A stretch of 64,000 nt of DNA, from contig OX597825.1 of assembly GCA_951406725.2 (NCBI GenBank), positions 49,290,001 through 49,354,000 of the forward strand, given 5' to 3'. The DNA comes from Octopus vulgaris (lineage: Eukaryota). The notes under the pieces were generated by a model that searched no databases, had not been told where the DNA came from, and saw only the letters and a program-made list of their open reading frames with translations. The position numbers and the translations under genes are program-made. Shown piece by piece: positions 56,210 to 64,000 of this stretch (its first letter is position 1; every line of letters starts with the position of its first letter).

Positions 56210-56418
56210 ATTCTACTGTTGGCACAAAACCTGAAGTTCGGTGGGAAGCGATCTGGTCGATTACATCGACCCCAGCGCTAGTACTTATTTTATCGACGCC
56301 GAAAGGATGAAAGGAGAAGCAGACCTCGGCAGAATGTGGACCCAGAACACAGCGATGGGCAAAATACCGCAAACCATTTCGTCCAGCATGCTAACTATTC
56401 TGCCAGCTCGCCGCCTTG
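56210..56418 (-). mobile_element. tRNA-derived SINE with Nin/Deu-like domain
   Basis: Minus strand ggcggcgagctggcagaatagttagc...cctttcatcctttcggcgtcgataaaataagtac; homologous to 20060-20452. Confidence 0.7.
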
Positions 56419-56419
56419 C

Positions 56420-56472
<53 letters not shown>

Positions 56473-57176
56473 TAATAGTAATGATAATAATAATATTGTC
56501 GCTGCTCTGACAATTCAGTAGCCTAAAGCCATATAAACACTAATATGACCCAGTTTAGCAACGGGGGAAAAAAAACTCTCAAAGACTGGAATATCTACAA
56601 AATAAGTTAAGAAATTTACAAATTTACATATCTACAGTTTTCAAACACACAATCGATCAGCTTTAAAAGATTTAATACCCACAATTGCCACTGTAAACAT
56701 CCCTTTTTTTTTCTCTTTCTAAAAACATCACGCTTTTCTTTGCGTGGACTTACAAAAGACTATCTTTGGTGAACCTTAAAACTTTCTATGAAAATCTGAC
56801 TTTTCTTTGCTTCCACCCTGAATATTCAAATATAAATGTAAACATATACTTTTTATTGCAAAAACACCTGTTCTTCTAACTGGACATACAAACATCTCTA
56901 GAAAAGTCAACTTCAATCTCTACAATATTACCTTACCCGAAATATGCAAGCACTTTTTATTGCAATAACACAAACGCACATGGAAAAAAATAATGATACT
57001 AATTATAGATTCTGTCCGGTCGAATACAACTTCTCTATTCACAAATAATACAGAACAGAGTAACTCGGCCTTCCTTAATTTTTCTTAAGGTTAAGGTCAC
57101 TGTCCGCTAGACATTTGAACTTTTTTTTACTGATAGAACCCCATCCCACCTAAAAAAAAAAATTACATGAGCCACA

Positions 57177-61518
<4,342 letters not shown>

Positions 61519-61559
61519 TTAATAATTACAACAACAACAACACTAATAATAAGCGCTAA

Positions 61560-62150
61560 TAGAGATGTTAAAAACTGTTCAGTAATAACATATGGATGGA
61601 TTTTGGCCTTGATAATTGTGCAAAAGCAACTTTTTTAAAAGACAAGCAAACAACTTCCATTAAATTAGATACTGACACTAACATCAAGGAGCTTGCCCCA
61701 CAAGAAACGTCCACAAACCTGTGAATAAAGGAAAGAGATGATATACAACATGCTACTATGGAGGAAAATACGAAAGGCGTATAACAGAAGAATACGTCTC
61801 ATACTAAAAAGTGAACTCAACTCCAAATATCGAGTCGAAACCATTAACACTTTGTCACTTCCAGTAGTCCATTTATTGAAATCTTACTGAAATGTGTTGG
61901 CGGGAAGACAAGAAAAGTACTTACGTTTAAGAACATGCACCACCCAAAGCAGATGTTGATCGTCTCTCCCTACCTATAAGTAATGGGCGAAGCGGAATGA
62001 TGTTGGTAGAACTTTGCTATAACAACACCACAATAGCAATGAATAAGTACTTATCTAGTACAGAAGACTGGATGCTGCGGCTCGTGGGCAAACACGAAAG
62101 CACCAAAACATCACATTCTATTGCTTTAAAATTCGCAAGGTTGCTCGTTA
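61560..62150 (+). mobile_element. Old R4/Dong-like RT fragment
   Basis: MDFGLDNCAKATF, IRLILKSELNSKYRVETINTLSLPV, NMHHPK(A)DVDRLSLP. Confidence 0.75.
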
Positions 62151-62920
62151 AGGTATAGTCAGCAGATACTCCAATGTTCATTTTCTTGGAGTCAGATATA
62201 GAGTTCAATAAGTCTCTTATATTCTTATTCAAGAGAGGTAAGCCCTGTTCATTGTGCAATAACATGAGTGAAGTGAATTCCATCAGAAATCATAACAGAA
62301 GTGTTATGAGTTATACAGAATGTGGAACATGTAAACATTCCCATTTAGTGTACGCTACAGAATGCACAAAACACAACTTAATTTATGTTGGTTGTAGAAC
62401 AGAAAAATCAAACAGAAGGTTTAATGGGCACAGATTCGTCGTCAGTAGTTCGACAGAACTTGCTGAACATCTCGTTTCAAGCGGCTGCAATTTTGAAGAA
62501 GGATTGAAAGTGCATATCCTCAGAAAATATTCTGAATCTGTTTCAATTTCAATTCTCAGTATGTATGAGGAGAAATATGTTCGCAGGTTATTAACATCAC
62601 GCACTGGAGGAATGAATAAGATGATAGTAGAATATCATTAAATTTACCCAAAACTATTTGATTAAATATTCTTCTTTCTCTCTTATTCTTTCATTTTTTC
62701 TGTCGTCTTCTTTTTCTTTTTTCTATCTTTTTCTTTTCGCCTGTTATAAAATTGTAACTTAAAAACTGATGATGTCATTTCATCAATGTATGGACGCTGG
62801 TTATTCTTTCATTTTTTCTGTCGTCTTCTTTTTTCTATCTTTTTCTTTTCGCCTGTTATAAAATTGTAACTTAAAAACTGATGATGTCATTTCATCAATG
62901 TATGGACGCTGGTTGCTCTC
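62150..62920 (+). mobile_element. Penelope-like 3' fragment (Cys-rich GIY-YIG) with tandemly duplicated 3' segment
   Basis: PCSLCNNM..TCKHSHLVYATECTKHNLIYVGCRTEKSNRRFNGHR..ELAEH..YEEKYVRRL..GGMN. 62683-62800 is repeated at 62801-62911 and contains CTGATGAtgtc...gac. Confidence 0.82.
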
Positions 62921-63046
62921 GTTCATACTTTACGCTTAAATTTCTGTAATTTTGAACTTCTTATTTTGAACTTGACAAAGACAGAAGTACTATTGAAATA
63001 TCGTTCAACTAATAAAATATCTTACAATCGAATCGCGCTCTTCGTC

Positions 63047-63182
<136 letters not shown>

Positions 63183-63193
63183 CAATAATAATA

Positions 63194-63848
63194 AATGCCC
63201 TGATGCAGCACCAGGCAGTGGCTCTCGTGGCTTCTGATCTTAACTGATTGGGAGAGTTATCATGTACATTGTTTTGTCTTGGTATAAAAGATGGGCTACA
63301 GCAAATATTCTGCTCCATATCACAGATTTGCTTGTCAGTTGTTTAACCTTAACCAGTTGAGCATATCCCTTAGTGGCTGACGACATGTGAATCTATGATC
63401 ACGAGCAGAAGTACTGGGGCAGCATCAATGCCTTAATGTCAGTTGTTTGACCTTAACCAGTTGAGCATGTCCCTTAATGGCTGACGATATGTGCATCTCT
63501 GATCCTGAAGTAGTGGGGCAGCATCATAGCCATGTGTTGAGAGGGATTCTTTGGGTTTTGAATAATTCACTTCTGGAAACTTAGGTGTTTTGTTCAACAT
63601 CCTTAAACAACCTTTATTTAGGGACTTTTTGAGCGGGATGGGTTACTCGACCAGAAGAAAATTCTAACTGGGCCCATCTGCAAGATCATGTGCTATTTAT
63701 CTTGATATGAGATCACCATGTCGCACGTATATGGTTGTGATGCACGTGCCTAGTGTACCCTTATCAGACGGGTAGTCATGATGGGTATACTGGACTTCGT
63801 ATATTTTACCCAAGTGTCACTTTGATGGCATGCACTGCTATCTCACTC
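63194..63848 (+). mobile_element. (TAA)n-associated element, copy 4 (longest 5' end, internal ~95-bp tandem duplication)
   Basis: aatgccctgatgcagcaccaggcagtggctctc...gcactgctatctcactc between (TAA)n arrays. Confidence 0.85.
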
Positions 63849-63947
63849 AATAATAATAATAATAATAATAATAACAAGAACAACAACAACAACAGCAATA
63901 ATAATAATAATAATAATAATAAAAATAATGATGATGATAACAACAAC

Positions 63948-64000
<53 letters not shown>

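Overview
This is AT-rich eukaryotic intergenic/intronic DNA, very rich in (TA)n, (CA)n, (TAA)n and (TAG)n microsatellites. The repeat repertoire suggests an octopus/cephalopod genome (inference). No intact host gene was found; most listed ORFs are microsatellite translations. Decayed mobile elements dominate. (1) R4/Dong-type site-specific non-LTR retrotransposons (RT + CCHC + restriction-like endonuclease) of at least three families, including two near-full-length dead copies, mostly ending in (TAA)n. (2) At least seven Penelope-like elements (RT/GIY-YIG), several with hammerhead-ribozyme-bearing pseudo-LTRs, often beside (TA)n. (3) A DD34D mariner, a Gypsy 5' LTR + gag, non-autonomous Helitrons, a MULE-like MITE, tRNA SINEs and a bipartite RTE derivative. 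The most notable items are a four-copy ~530-bp non-coding element found only in (TAA)n-type arrays, a tRNA-head/(AAT)n/hammerhead composite SINE, an ORF1-only zinc-knuckle retroelement, hammerheads with expanded stem II, and a circularly permuted inverted insertion at the 5' end of a Dong copy. All family calls come from motif recognition by eye, and boundaries are approximate.
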